From Trueperaceae bacterium (GTDB lineage: Bacteria; Deinococcota; Deinococci; Deinococcales; Trueperaceae), in the NCBI GenBank assembly GCA_965213705.1, contig OZ243913.1, positions 2,144,001 to 2,208,000 of the forward strand: a stretch of DNA of 64,000 bases, read 5' to 3'. Position numbers and translations under genes: made by a program. Below are positions 28,891-38,660 of this stretch, one piece after another (within the stretch, counting starts at the first letter, position 1; each line of letters starts with the position of its first letter). The notes beneath the pieces were generated by a model. It ran no database searches, had not been told where the DNA came from, and worked only from the letters and a program-made list of their open reading frames with translations.

Positions 28891-30164
28891 TGGACGCGAG
28901 CCAAGCCCAAGGTCGCGTCCCGGTCTCGAGCCCCAAAAAAGGGTTGCTGTCCGGCGCGGAGCGCGCGCAGCTCAAGCGCCGCCAACAGCGCGGCAAGGTG
29001 TTGCAGGTCGTCACGTTCGTGCCGGTGGTGGCCGGGCTACTCCTAATCGTGTTCGTGTTCGCCGCCAACATCAACCGGATTTTTTCCTGGCAGGTAGTGG
29101 CTCCGTCCAGCAGCTCGAGCGGGCAAACTTTCCCGGCCGACGAGGTCGAAAACGTGCGTGAAGGTCTGCGGCTCGAGCTGCTGGCCCAGGGTGAAACCGC
29201 CGAGGCCAATGACGCGCTGTTCGGCGACGCCGAAGAACTGCGCAAGTTCAACCGGCGCAACCGGGTCGACTACCTGCCCTACGCCGACGGTCTGAGCGAC
29301 CGCGTGTACGTGTGGTCGTTGCGCGACGACATCGAAGACCAGTACGGCTACTTGGAGGGCCGCGCTCGCCGCGACGAACTCTTGGCCGAAGCCCAGACCG
29401 AGAACTACAACTTTTTCCTCAACCCGATGCTCGACCGCGAGTTTGTAACGCGCGGCAACTCGCGCGCGCCGCAGATGGCCGGGTTTTACAACGCGATTGT
29501 CGGCACGCTCTGGGTCATCGGCTTGGTCATTTTGTTCTCAGCCGTCATCGGCGTGGGCAGCGCGGTGTACTTGGAGGAGTACGCGCCGAAGAACGCCTTC
29601 AGCGCTTTTTTAGAGGTGAACTTGCGCAACTTGGCCGGGGTGCCGTCCATCGTTTACGGCATTTTGGGGTTGTACGTGTTCGTGCGCGCCTTGTCGTTCG
29701 AGCGCAGTGTGATTTCGGCGGCACTCACCCTAACGCTCTTGATTTTGCCGGTTGTCATCATCGCCGCGCGCGAGGCGATTCGCAGCGTGCCCGACAGTTT
29801 ACGGCAGGCGAGCTACGGCTTAGGCGCGACGAAGTGGCAGACGGTGAGCAAAGTGGTCTTGCCCAACGCCGTCGGCGGCATCGTGACGGGCGTGATTTTA
29901 GCCGTCGCCAGGGCCATCGGCGAGACCGCGCCGCTGCTCTTAGTCGGCGGCGCCGGCCTGGTGACGAGCGTGCCTGGGGGCTGGGACGTGCTCAAAGACA
30001 CCTTCACGGTGATGCCGCTGCAGATTTACACCTACTTCGGGCTACCCAACCAGGACGCCTTTTTGCCGGTCGCCTCGGCGGGCATCGTCGTCTTGCTCAT
30101 CATTTTGATTTTTATCTACCTCGTCGCGTTCGTCATTCGGGCGCGCTTCGAGCGGAACTGGTAA
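28890..30164 (+). CDS. pstA: Phosphate ABC transporter permease with a large soluble N-terminal insert
   Basis: YLEEYA, NLAGVPSIVYG, QASYGLGATKWQ and ARAIGETAPL motifs; TAATG coupling to pstC. Confidence 0.95.
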   Translation: MDASQAQGRVPVSSPKKGLLSGAERAQLKRRQQRGKVLQVVTFVPVVAGLLLIVFVFAANINRIFSWQVVAPSSSSSGQTFPADEVENVREGLRLELLAQGETAEANDALFGDAEELRKFNRRNRVDYLPYADGLSDRVYVWSLRDDIEDQYGYLEGRARRDELLAEAQTENYNFFLNPMLDREFVTRGNSRAPQMAGFYNAIVGTLWVIGLVILFSAVIGVGSAVYLEEYAPKNAFSAFLEVNLRNLAGVPSIVYGILGLYVFVRALSFERSVISAALTLTLLILPVVIIAAREAIRSVPDSLRQASYGLGATKWQTVSKVVLPNAVGGIVTGVILAVARAIGETAPLLLVGGAGLVTSVPGGWDVLKDTFTVMPLQIYTYFGLPNQDAFLPVASAGIVVLLIILIFIYLVAFVIRARFERNW

Positions 30165-30249
30165 GGAGGGAATGAAAGTTATTCGTTTTTAGTTACTCGT
30201 TTTTGGTTTTACGAACGACGAGTAACGAACGGCGAACGACGCTCAACTT

Positions 30250-31065
30250 ATGGCACTCCCCGGCTTAAAGCAACTAGAAGGCCACAAAACCATTCGCACC
30301 GCACCCGTCGGCGACGAAGACGCGGTCGTGAGCATCAAAGACTTGGCGCTGTGGTACGGAGACTTTCAGGCGCTCCACGGCAACACGGTCAACTTTCCGC
30401 GCAACCAGGTGACCGCCCTCATCGGCGCCTCGGGCTGCGGTAAGTCTACGCTTTTGCGGTGCATCAACCGCATGAACGACCTCATTCTGGGCGTAAAAAT
30501 CAAAGGGCACGCCGTTTACGAAGGCGTCGAACTCTACGACCCGAGCATCGACGCGGTCGAGGTGCGCCGCCGCATCGGGATGGTCTTTCAAAAACCCAAC
30601 CCGTTTCCGAAAAGCATCTTCGACAACGTGGCTTTCTCCCCGCGCTTGAACGGTTACAAGGGCGACCTGAGCGCCCTCGTCGAAAAGTCTTTGAAGGGCG
30701 CGGCGCTTTGGGACGAGGTCAAGGACAAGCTCAAAGCGTCGGGCCTAAGTCTGTCGGGCGGGCAGCAACAGCGGCTGTGTATCGCTCGCGCGATGGCCCA
30801 GGAGCCCGAAGTGATTTTGATGGACGAGCCTACCAGCGCGCTCGACCCAATTGCTACCGACAAAATCGAAGAACTCATCAACGAGATAAAAAAAGACTAC
30901 ACCGTCATCATCGTCACGCACAACATGCAGCAGGCGGGCCGCGTCGCCGACCGGACCGTTTACATGCACTTGGGCTACATCGTCGAAGAAGGCCCCACCG
31001 ACCAGATGTTTACCAACCCCAAACACGAGGTGACCGAGCAGTATATTTCGGGGCACTTCGGCTAG
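30250..31065 (+). CDS. pstB: Phosphate ABC transporter ATPase
   Basis: [33 protein letters not shown] and VTHNMQQA motifs. Confidence 0.97.
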   Translation: MALPGLKQLEGHKTIRTAPVGDEDAVVSIKDLALWYGDFQALHGNTVNFPRNQVTALIGASGCGKSTLLRCINRMNDLILGVKIKGHAVYEGVELYDPSIDAVEVRRRIGMVFQKPNPFPKSIFDNVAFSPRLNGYKGDLSALVEKSLKGAALWDEVKDKLKASGLSLSGGQQQRLCIARAMAQEPEVILMDEPTSALDPIATDKIEELINEIKKDYTVIIVTHNMQQAGRVADRTVYMHLGYIVEEGPTDQMFTNPKHEVTEQYISGHFG

Positions 31066-31163
31066 GAGTGCGCTTGCAGCCCTGCGGCGGCTCTCTACTT
31101 CTGCTCGGTAGAACTTGTCGCAGTGGTCTCGTCGCAGTAAACTTTCTGGTGCTACCATAAAGT

Positions 31164-31418
31164 ATGACCACACGTAGCACCACAGCTAAGTTCTCTATCA
31201 GTATTCATGCGGAGTTGATAAGTTTTCTCGAACGTTATCAAAGAGAGCACGGCCTCAGTAGCCGTAGCGAAGTCATCACGAAAGCTCTCAAGACGCTCCG
31301 CGAAGCCGAACTAGCGCGCGCTTACCAGGACCACGCTGAAGATTGGCAAAACGATTCCGACCGAGACTTTTGGGACCGAGCAGCCGTAGCTGACGGTTTG
31401 GATAACGACTCTCGCTGA
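31164..31418 (+). CDS. Ribbon-helix-helix antitoxin (MazE-like)
   Basis: KFSISI..EL..FLERY....G.SSRSEVI.KAL; TGATG-coupled to mazF. Confidence 0.88.
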   Translation: MTTRSTTAKFSISIHAELISFLERYQREHGLSSRSEVITKALKTLREAELARAYQDHAEDWQNDSDRDFWDRAAVADGLDNDSR

Positions 31419-31756
31419 TGCGCCTTGAACGTGGCGACATCGTGTTGGTGGACTTCGAACCCGCTAGGCAAACCGAAGCCGACAAAATTCGCCCGAGCAT
31501 CGTCGTTACCAATGACCAAGCCAACGCTTACGGTACGAGCGTCGTGGTCGTTCCCGTCACGAGCAATACCAAACGGGTTTACCCCTTTCAACTGTTTTTG
31601 CCTGCCGAACAAACCGGGCTGGATGAAAATAGCAAAGCGCAAGTCGAACTGTTGCGAAGCGTCAGCAGAAGCCGGTTGGGCAAACGCGTCGGCAGCTTAC
31701 CGAAACCTTTGCTGCTCGAGCTTGGTGAACGCCTCAAGCTTCATCTCGAGCTTTAG
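31418..31756 (+). CDS. mazF: PemK/MazF endoribonuclease toxin
   Basis: RGDIVLVDFEP....EADKIRP.IVV.ND, VVPVTSN and SKAQVE.LRSV motifs. Confidence 0.95.
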   Translation: MRLERGDIVLVDFEPARQTEADKIRPSIVVTNDQANAYGTSVVVVPVTSNTKRVYPFQLFLPAEQTGLDENSKAQVELLRSVSRSRLGKRVGSLPKPLLLELGERLKLHLEL

Positions 31757-31819
31757 CTCTACCGAGCAAAAAAGCTTTCCAGCGTCTTCCCCCTGGTCGC
31801 TTTTATAGCGGTCGGCGGC

Positions 31820-31999
31820 GTGGGGGTCTACCTCCCCTCCACCCACCTCACCCTTCACGAAAGCCACCAAGCGCTCCGGGGACTTGTCAAACAGGGCGTG
31901 GCCGAGGTTTGGGTCACCGACGAGGGGGGTATCGTCTACGTTTTTCCGGAGCTGTTCGCGGGCTACAAGGACGGAGCCAGCGGCCCCTTTGCGCGGTGA
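31820..31999 (+). pseudogene. Possible gene remnant (winged-helix-like C-terminus)
   Basis: THLTLHESHQALRGLVKQGVAEVWVTDEGGIVYVFPEL reads like a real protein end; no clear RBS. Confidence 0.35.
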
Positions 32000-32051
32000 T
32001 TTTGCAACCCTTGCCCCCAATTTGAACCGGTCTAACTGTACCAATTAGACC

Positions 32052-32525
32052 ATGGCACGTGGCACTGTCCGTCACCCCTTTGTGTCTGCTTTAATACTTA
32101 CAGCGGACAAACCGTCCGCGCTTCGGGGGGAGCAATACCTGCAGCCTTATCAGCTTCGGCAAGCGTTGCAGGTATTTTTTGCTCTTGTTCAGGGGGTAGA
32201 GGGTAAAGAGCGACACAACACCGGGACGCGGGGCCGCAGGTCGCCGTTGAACAAGCCTTTACGTGAGGAGCGTGGCGTGAGCCTACCCAAACGGTGCTGC
32301 AACGCCGACTTGGACTGCGCTTTGAGACGGTTCGAGACGCACCTTGGCGACTACCGAACGCTGGCCGACCCCGCCTCGTACCATTACGCTGCAAACACGC
32401 TTGCCACACTGAGGCTCGAGGCTGAAGCGGCCACCGACGCGCGACACACGCTGAAAAGGGTTGAAAGGTTGGCCCTGGCGTTGCACCGTGCGGTGCGTGA
32501 GTGGCAAGACGCCACAGTGCCCTGA
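32052..32525 (+). CDS. Hypothetical protein (start uncertain)
   Basis: 157-aa ORF; the C-terminal half is protein-like, the N-terminal half is doubtful. Confidence 0.35.
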   Translation: MARGTVRHPFVSALILTADKPSALRGEQYLQPYQLRQALQVFFALVQGVEGKERHNTGTRGRRSPLNKPLREERGVSLPKRCCNADLDCALRRFETHLGDYRTLADPASYHYAANTLATLRLEAEAATDARHTLKRVERLALALHRAVREWQDATVP

Positions 32526-32583
32526 CCCGCGGGAAAACCGTCGACCGTTCTTTTCAACTTGTAAAAGTGTGAAAGCTTCAGAC

Positions 32584-33921
32584 TCACCCTCCCGCCGAGA
32601 GTTCAACTTGCGTGCGGTAGTCGTCTTCGGCCGGCGTCCAAGCGTCCGGGTCCGCCGCACTTTGCGCGCCGCTGCGAATGTCCTTGACCTCGTGCGCAGT
32701 TGGGTCGTCGGGGTTGAAAAACCACACGTAGGGAATGCCCCGGCGCTCGGCGGCGCGAATCTGCTTGCCGAACTTTTGCGGCGCGGGGTGGACGTCGGCG
32801 GGAACGCCCCGCGCCCGCAACGCCTTGACGACCCCCGCGGCTGCCGCGCGCGTCTCCTCACTCGGCAACGCGACGAGGACGACGACCGGCGTCGAGCGCT
32901 TAGGTTTGAGAAGGCCGCGCCCGAACAGGTAGCCGAGCATCCGCGTCACCCCGAAGGACACGCCGACGCCGGGAAGTTTTATTTTATCATCGCTCGCCAA
33001 GTTGTCGTAACGCCCGCCGCCGCAGACCGAGCCCAAAGCTTCGTGCCCGACGAACTGGCACTCGAGAACCGTCCCCGTGTAGTAGTCCAGCCCGCGCGCC
33101 ACGCTGAGGTCGGCGACGAGGCTGCCCACGGGCAGGTCGGCGTTCGAAGTCATCAAAACCTCGAGTTCAATCAAACCTTCCTGCAACAGCTCGTGCTTTA
33201 GGCCCAACGCCTCGACCCGTCTCACAAACGAAGTGTCGGGCGTTTGAATGTTGCCAAGCTCGAGGCACAAACCGGCGTCCTTTTCGCTCAGCCCGACGTC
33301 CGTTTGCAACAGCCGCGCGACCTCACGAGGGCCGATTTTCTCTATCTTGTCGACGATTCGCAGCACGTTTCCAGCGTCCTCGACGCCCAACGCCTTGTAA
33401 AAACCCGACAGGAGCTTACGGTTGTTCACCCGAATCCGTGTGTTCGGCACCGGCAGACTCGTCATAATTTCGTGGATGAGTTGCGGAAACTCGGCGTCGT
33501 AGCCGAGCGGCAGTTCGCCCTCACCTATCACGTCGATGTCGGCCTGGTAAAACTCGCGGTAGCGGCCCTCCTGCGGGCGCTCGCCGCGCCAGGCTTTCTG
33601 GATTTGGTAGCGCTTGAACGGGAAAGAAAGTTGCCCTCTAAACTGCTGCACGTACCTTGCGAACGGCACCGTCATGTCGAAGTGCAAACCGAACTCGGGC
33701 GGCGCGGCGGGGTCTTCCTCACCCAACCGGCGCAGCGTGTAAATCTCTTTGTCGTCGCCCTTGCTCAGGAGCACGTCCAGCGGCTCGACCGCTCTAGGCT
33801 CGACGGGCGCGAAGCCGTACAGCTCGAACTTGCGGCGCAGCGTGTCCAGGAAAGTTTGCTCGAGCAGCTTTTCTTCCGGCAGCCACTCGGGAAAGCCGCT
33901 GACGGGCGTGATTTTTGCCAT
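32584..33921 (-). CDS. hisS: Histidine--tRNA ligase
   Basis: LHFDMTVPFARY, WRGERPQEGRYREFYQAD, ARGLDYYTG and GGGRYD motifs. Confidence 0.97.
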   Translation of the reverse strand: MAKITPVSGFPEWLPEEKLLEQTFLDTLRRKFELYGFAPVEPRAVEPLDVLLSKGDDKEIYTLRRLGEEDPAAPPEFGLHFDMTVPFARYVQQFRGQLSFPFKRYQIQKAWRGERPQEGRYREFYQADIDVIGEGELPLGYDAEFPQLIHEIMTSLPVPNTRIRVNNRKLLSGFYKALGVEDAGNVLRIVDKIEKIGPREVARLLQTDVGLSEKDAGLCLELGNIQTPDTSFVRRVEALGLKHELLQEGLIELEVLMTSNADLPVGSLVADLSVARGLDYYTGTVLECQFVGHEALGSVCGGGRYDNLASDDKIKLPGVGVSFGVTRMLGYLFGRGLLKPKRSTPVVVLVALPSEETRAAAAGVVKALRARGVPADVHPAPQKFGKQIRAAERRGIPYVWFFNPDDPTAHEVKDIRSGAQSAADPDAWTPAEDDYRTQVELSAGG

Positions 33922-34196
33922 GAACGTCTCCTAAGTTTTGAGGGAAAATGTGCTGTGGGAACGGCAGGCCGGCGGCTACGAATGCCGTCCGTACCTGACC
34001 CGGTGATAAAAAACCTTGTGGAAAATAACCTTGTGCGTTGGCAACTTCATCGGGATGATTATAAGGGAGCGCAGTCCGGCGCGTCACCCCTCGGCTTGCC
34101 GGCTTGCAGCGCTTGGCGTGGCAGCTTGCAGCGCTTGGCGGGTCAGCTTACGGTTGCGCACACCTTGTAGGGCTAAAACTGACACAGGAGGCAGTT

Positions 34197-34367
34197 ATGG
34201 ACGAAGACCAGAGGCTCGAGTACCAGTCACTCATCCGCAGCATCGTCGACCAGGCCGAAGCGATGGAAGACCCGGACCAAGAAGACGAAATGCTCTTCGA
34301 CAAGGTCGAAGCGCTCTCAGTCCGGGTGGAAGAGTTGCGCGACCTGATTGATTTAGTTTACGGGTAA
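34197..34367 (+). CDS. Small acidic hypothetical protein
   Basis: AGGAGG RBS before MDEDQRLEYQ..., 56 aa. Confidence 0.7.
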   Translation: MDEDQRLEYQSLIRSIVDQAEAMEDPDQEDEMLFDKVEALSVRVEELRDLIDLVYG

Positions 34368-34407
34368 CTTTCGGCAGTTAGCTGACGGCTGAACACAGGT
34401 GTAGAAA

Positions 34408-34429
34408 AGGGCGGGTTCGAACCCGCCCT
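34408..34429. repeat. REP-like palindrome
   Basis: AGGGCGGGTTCGAACCCGCCCT, related to 38576-38616. Confidence 0.6.
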
Positions 34430-34447
34430 CAAACGTCCGTGGAGAAT

Positions 34448-35314
34448 TCAAACCGGCTTGGCGGATTCCAAACCTTCCAGTTCGTGCGACAGCTCGAGCT
34501 GGCCCTGGGGCGCTTTTTTGAGTTCTTCGGGTACCTCTTCGCCTATGTTTCCGTGCGCGATGGTAATTCCGCCGTCGGCCAGAAAGAGCGCGCCAGTCAC
34601 GTAACTCGCCTCGTCGGAGGCTAAAAAGGCGTAGACGTTCGCCATCTCTTCCGTCGTGCCGCGCCGGGCCAGCGGCGTCGCCTTGACGACCATCTTCGCC
34701 GTTTTCTCACTCATCGCGCCGTGCTCGGGCCGGGTCATCTCGGTGTCGATGGGGCCGGGGCAAACGCAGTTGGCGCGCACGCCGTGTTTGGCCTGCTCGA
34801 CCGCCACGCCCTTCATAAAAGCGTGCATAAAACCCTTGGTGCCGCCGTAGGGCGTGAACGTCGGCGTGCCGTTCAGCCCCGCCTCGCTGCCCGCCGAGAC
34901 GATGTTGCCGCGCGTTTTGTGCAACTCGGGCAGCGCCGCGCGCGTCATCATGAAAGCACTCTGGACGTTGTTGTGCAGCAGTTTCTTAAACGCCTCGAGC
35001 GGGTAGTTTTGCGTCTCGGCGGTGTCGGGAATGGTGCCCGCGTTGTTCACGAGCACATCGAGCTTGCCAAAGGCGTCCAGGGCTTTTTGCACGCAGGCTT
35101 GCGCCTGGTCCTCTTCGGCGACGTCGCCGGTAAACGCGACCGCCGTGCCCGGATGCCCGTGTTGTTTTATCTTGCTCACCACGTCGTCCACCGGGTCGCC
35201 GGGCAGACCTGCGACGACCACGTTCGCGCCCTCGAGCGCAAACTTGTGCGCAATCGCCTCACCGATGCCGGTTCCTGCACCGGTTATGACAGCTACTTTG
35301 CCTTTAAGTCTCAT
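34448..35314 (-). CDS. SDR family oxidoreductase
   Basis: TGAGTGIG, NNAG, YGGTK and PGPIDT motifs. Confidence 0.95.
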   Translation of the reverse strand: MRLKGKVAVITGAGTGIGEAIAHKFALEGANVVVAGLPGDPVDDVVSKIKQHGHPGTAVAFTGDVAEEDQAQACVQKALDAFGKLDVLVNNAGTIPDTAETQNYPLEAFKKLLHNNVQSAFMMTRAALPELHKTRGNIVSAGSEAGLNGTPTFTPYGGTKGFMHAFMKGVAVEQAKHGVRANCVCPGPIDTEMTRPEHGAMSEKTAKMVVKATPLARRGTTEEMANVYAFLASDEASYVTGALFLADGGITIAHGNIGEEVPEELKKAPQGQLELSHELEGLESAKPV

Positions 35315-35589
35315 TTCTCCCCCTTCGTCTTGCCCTGCTATTTTCGACCCCGCCCGTTTTTCGCTGCTACCGCGTGGCTTACAGTTGGTGAGCGGGCACT
35401 GCCCGAAACCCGGTCCAAAAGGCGTGCTACGAGTCGAACTCTGTGCCGCAGAGGCAAGGCGACCGAAGCCGTGAAGGCTCGAGCCCGCCGGACTCGGAGT
35501 GAAACTTGCCTCTGCAGGGCTGGTTTAAGGCGGCTCGCGTCGTCGGTTTGAAGCTCGAGCGCGCGACCGACGCGGTTCCGGTGGGCGCG

Positions 35590-36648
35590 CTAGGCTTCAG
35601 CTTCAACTTTGGTTTCTTTGAGGTACTCCAAGACCGCCGCCTCACTCTCAGACATGCGTTTCAACTTGCGGCGGCGGACTTTTTTGACGATACGCTCGAA
35701 CTTGCTTTGCAGTTCGCCGCCCTCGAACGTCTCGATGATGAGCGGATGGACGTACGACGAGCGGCACACCGCGGGCGTGTTACCTAGGTGCTCGGCGACT
35801 TCTTTGATGGCCGTCGAGACGACCTTCTGGCGACCCTTGACCTCGGCGGGACACTCGTTCTGGCAGAGGGTTTCGGCGGCCAACACCGTCGCCGCCCAGG
35901 TACGAAAGTCCTTGGCGGTAAAGTCCTGGCCGGTCGTTTCTTGCAAGTAGGCGTTCACGTCGGCGGAGTCGACGACGTGTTTTTCGCCGTCCGCGTCCAG
36001 GTACTTGAACAGCTCGTAACCAGGCAGCTCGTAAGCCTCTTTGACGACCCTGGCAAGCTGTCTGTCCTCCAACGAGATGTGGTGCTCCTTGCCCGACTTG
36101 CCGACGAAGTCGAACGCCAAGTGACTGCCCTCGATGTCGACGTGTTTGCGGCGCATGGTGGTCAGTCCGTAGGAGTGGTTCTGCTTAGCGTATTCGCGGT
36201 TGCCGATGCGGATGAGGGTGGTTTCCAACAGCTTGACGATGGCCGCGACGAGCTTTTCTTTGGGCAGCCCCTGACGGCGCAGGTCACGCTCCAACCGCTC
36301 ACGCAACTCGGGCAGCGCCTCGCCGAAAGGCACGAGCGAGTCGAACTTGGCGCGGTCGCGCACCTCGCGCCACTTCTCGTGGTAGACGTACTGTTTGCGC
36401 TCTTTAGCGTCGTAGCCGGTCGCCTGGATGTGGCCGGCGGCGTCCCTGCAAATCCACACGTCTTCCCACATCGGCGGGATGACGAGGGCGTCGAAACGCT
36501 CTCGCAAACGTTTGTCCTTGACGTGTTTGTCGTCCGGGTCGTAGTAAGCGAAGCCCTTGCCGCTACGCTTGCGCGTGTAGCCGGGTTCCTCGTCGGAGAC
36601 GTAACGCAGACGGGCCTGGGCGGCGGCTTCGACGGGGTCGCTCAGCAC
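35590..36648 (-). CDS. DNA topoisomerase IB (bacterial/poxvirus-like)
   Basis: IPPMWEDVWI, GHIQATG.D...RKQY.YH, IRIGN, F.GKSG, KDFRTW and HLGNTPAVCRSSYVHP motifs. Confidence 0.95.
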   Translation of the reverse strand: MLSDPVEAAAQARLRYVSDEEPGYTRKRSGKGFAYYDPDDKHVKDKRLRERFDALVIPPMWEDVWICRDAAGHIQATGYDAKERKQYVYHEKWREVRDRAKFDSLVPFGEALPELRERLERDLRRQGLPKEKLVAAIVKLLETTLIRIGNREYAKQNHSYGLTTMRRKHVDIEGSHLAFDFVGKSGKEHHISLEDRQLARVVKEAYELPGYELFKYLDADGEKHVVDSADVNAYLQETTGQDFTAKDFRTWAATVLAAETLCQNECPAEVKGRQKVVSTAIKEVAEHLGNTPAVCRSSYVHPLIIETFEGGELQSKFERIVKKVRRRKLKRMSESEAAVLEYLKETKVEAEA

Positions 36649-36684
36649 AGGTGTACTTTCGGGTATAGGTTCATTCGTTTCCCT

Positions 36685-37743
36685 TCAGGCGGTGTGGTTG
36701 CGGACAGAATGGTCTCGGGCGGGGCTCGAGCCCTTGTACAAGTAGCGCACGCCGCCGCGCCGCACGCGGTTTTTGCGAATCTCGTCGCCGCGCTCTAAAA
36801 TCTTTACAATCGTGTCGGCGGTGTGGGCCAAGTGGGACTTGCCGCTGGGCAAAAAGCTCGAGTCGTCTAGGTAGTTGCCCGCGCCGTTGTGGTGAACCGG
36901 CCCCATCGGGATGTAGGTGAACTTGCCGCGGCGTTTGGCGCGGTTCCAGCTCGAGCTTGCTACCCAGGGCCAGCGGCCCGGAAAGAGCAGCGTGCTGAAC
37001 TTTTCAACCGGGTCTTTACTCCCCGCCAGGTGGTACAAGTAGCGCACGTCCAGCAGTCCGGCGTCCGCACTTATCACCCCGCCGAGCGAGACGAGGTCGA
37101 CGGGCGCGCTCAGCAAGCGCTTTAAAAACGGTGTCACCCCCGCTGCCACCTGCGCGCCGCCGCTGAAACCGATTAAAGTGATAGGCACGCCCGAGCCGGC
37201 CCGGTAGCCGTGCTCGAGCAGGTCTTTCATAACGGCCTGCGCCTCGCCGAGGTGGTAAATCGGACCGTAGCGCTTGTCGGCCGAGACGAGCACCTGGAAA
37301 ATGTTGCGCAGGTTGATGAGAAAGCCGAACGGGTGACGAGCGTCCTTGAGCTTGCGCTCGCGCGCGTAACGCCAGAAGCGCGACAAGGGCCGCGACGTGG
37401 TCAGCGGCGCGCCCGAGACCGCGTAGGGCAGCACGTCGCCCAAGACGGCCGCGTCGGGCAGCGCGGCGCTTAAATAGTCGAGCAAACTTTGCACGTCGCT
37501 GTAGTTTTCGGGCGTGGCCTTGGCGACGCCGTCTAAAAAAACCACGTAGTGCGCTTTTGGTGCAGTGCCCGAGTTCCCCTCGAGCAAACTCAACCCGCCC
37601 GGCACCGACGGGTGGGCGTCGTACCAGTCGTTGTACCAGCCCGCCCACCAGCCCAAAGCTTCCAAGGGCGCCAGCAACATCGCCGCCGACACGCCCACAA
37701 ACAAGACAAGCAGGAGTGCCAAAACCTCGGCTAAGCCCGGCAT
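36685..37743 (-). CDS. Hypothetical alpha/beta-hydrolase-like protein
   Basis: PLEALGWWAGW, VVFLDGV, LIGFSGGAQ (GxSxG-like), DPV and HNG motifs; ATG at 37743. Confidence 0.7.
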   Translation of the reverse strand: MPGLAEVLALLLVLFVGVSAAMLLAPLEALGWWAGWYNDWYDAHPSVPGGLSLLEGNSGTAPKAHYVVFLDGVAKATPENYSDVQSLLDYLSAALPDAAVLGDVLPYAVSGAPLTTSRPLSRFWRYARERKLKDARHPFGFLINLRNIFQVLVSADKRYGPIYHLGEAQAVMKDLLEHGYRAGSGVPITLIGFSGGAQVAAGVTPFLKRLLSAPVDLVSLGGVISADAGLLDVRYLYHLAGSKDPVEKFSTLLFPGRWPWVASSSWNRAKRRGKFTYIPMGPVHHNGAGNYLDDSSFLPSGKSHLAHTADTIVKILERGDEIRKNRVRRGGVRYLYKGSSPARDHSVRNHTA

Positions 37744-38402
37744 CACACCACCCGCCCCGAAGCGTCCTCGTACAGCCCGCGTTCCGCAAGCATTTCCTGG
37801 ACCAAGTCGTCGGTGCCCAGCACCTCGCGGATGCGCTCCACCCCGGCAGCTCTTGCCCGCAACCACTTCGACAGCGTGACGAGCGGGCGGCCCACCGTGC
37901 GCTGCACGGTTTGGAGCATCAGCCAACCCAAACCGCCGCACAGTGCGGCCTGCCACAGCCCCAACTCCAAACCCACCTGCGCCCCGACCACGATGGCGAG
38001 CAAACTCCACAGCGACAACAGCGACCCCAACCCCACCCCGAAAAATGGCACGAAAGCCAAAAAACTAAAGAGCAGCGGCGCGTAGCCCAAACCCACGGTG
38101 CGCACCGTTTGCTCCAGCGGCACGTCGCTTCCGAACAAGCCGTGGCCGATGCCCCACAAACTGAGCGCCCACACGAGGTAGTTAAAGACATAAAGCGCCG
38201 ACGACACCAACACCGTAAACCCAAAGCGCCGGGGTGAGACCTGGTTGATAAAAAGCGTTACGCTCTGCCCGAGCGCCGTCGACACCCCGGCCAACAACAC
38301 GGTGAGCAACGCCGAAAGCAGGCCGTTTGGCGCTTCGTAAATCGCCAAAAAGGCATTTTTGTCGAGCAGCAAGGCTGGTAGTAAAAGTTCGTGTAGGTCC
38401 AT
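37743..38402 (-). CDS. Yip1-like membrane protein coupled to the downstream hydrolase-like gene
   Basis: LAGVSTALGQSV.LFINQV.P.RF and LGYAPLL motifs; multiple TM segments. Confidence 0.7.
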   Translation of the reverse strand: MDLHELLLPALLLDKNAFLAIYEAPNGLLSALLTVLLAGVSTALGQSVTLFINQVSPRRFGFTVLVSSALYVFNYLVWALSLWGIGHGLFGSDVPLEQTVRTVGLGYAPLLFSFLAFVPFFGVGLGSLLSLWSLLAIVVGAQVGLELGLWQAALCGGLGWLMLQTVQRTVGRPLVTLSKWLRARAAGVERIREVLGTDDLVQEMLAERGLYEDASGRVV

Positions 38403-38575
38403 AGTCTCTGGGGCTTGCCACGGGAGACTGACGACGGCCGCCCCCCTAAAGTCTAGTGGACTTCGGCAAAACAAACCGTGACGGAAGGCGGTCTTGCAGT
38501 AGCAGAAAAGGCTCGCGGCCACGCTGCAGGTTTGACCTACCGGCTGTTTGGTTCCCCAACACATGACGAGTGTCG

Positions 38576-38616
38576 CGTCCTGTAGGGGTGGGTTCTGAAC
38601 CCACCCCTACAGGACG
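38576..38616. repeat. GTAG-type REP-like perfect palindrome, possible terminator after icd
   Basis: CGTCCTGTAGGGGTGGGTTC-T-GAACCCACCCCTACAGGACG. Confidence 0.7.
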
Positions 38617-38660
38617 GCGAAAAAGGACGTTTTGAGCGGCAGTTTTGATACCCTCTTTGT

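Noticed and set aside
31757..31999. Read-through of the mazF TAG into an in-frame downstream segment
   Set aside because: MazF is complete at its stop; the downstream frame looks like an unrelated remnant.
35590..36648. Topoisomerase IB as a sign of viral origin
   Set aside because: Bacterial TopIB is established, including in Deinococcus, and the context is chromosomal.
35788..36798. Long antisense ORFs (this one and others such as 4670..5728, 33244..34170, 44793..45926)
   Set aside because: Shadow frames of GC-rich genes with no motifs or RBS.
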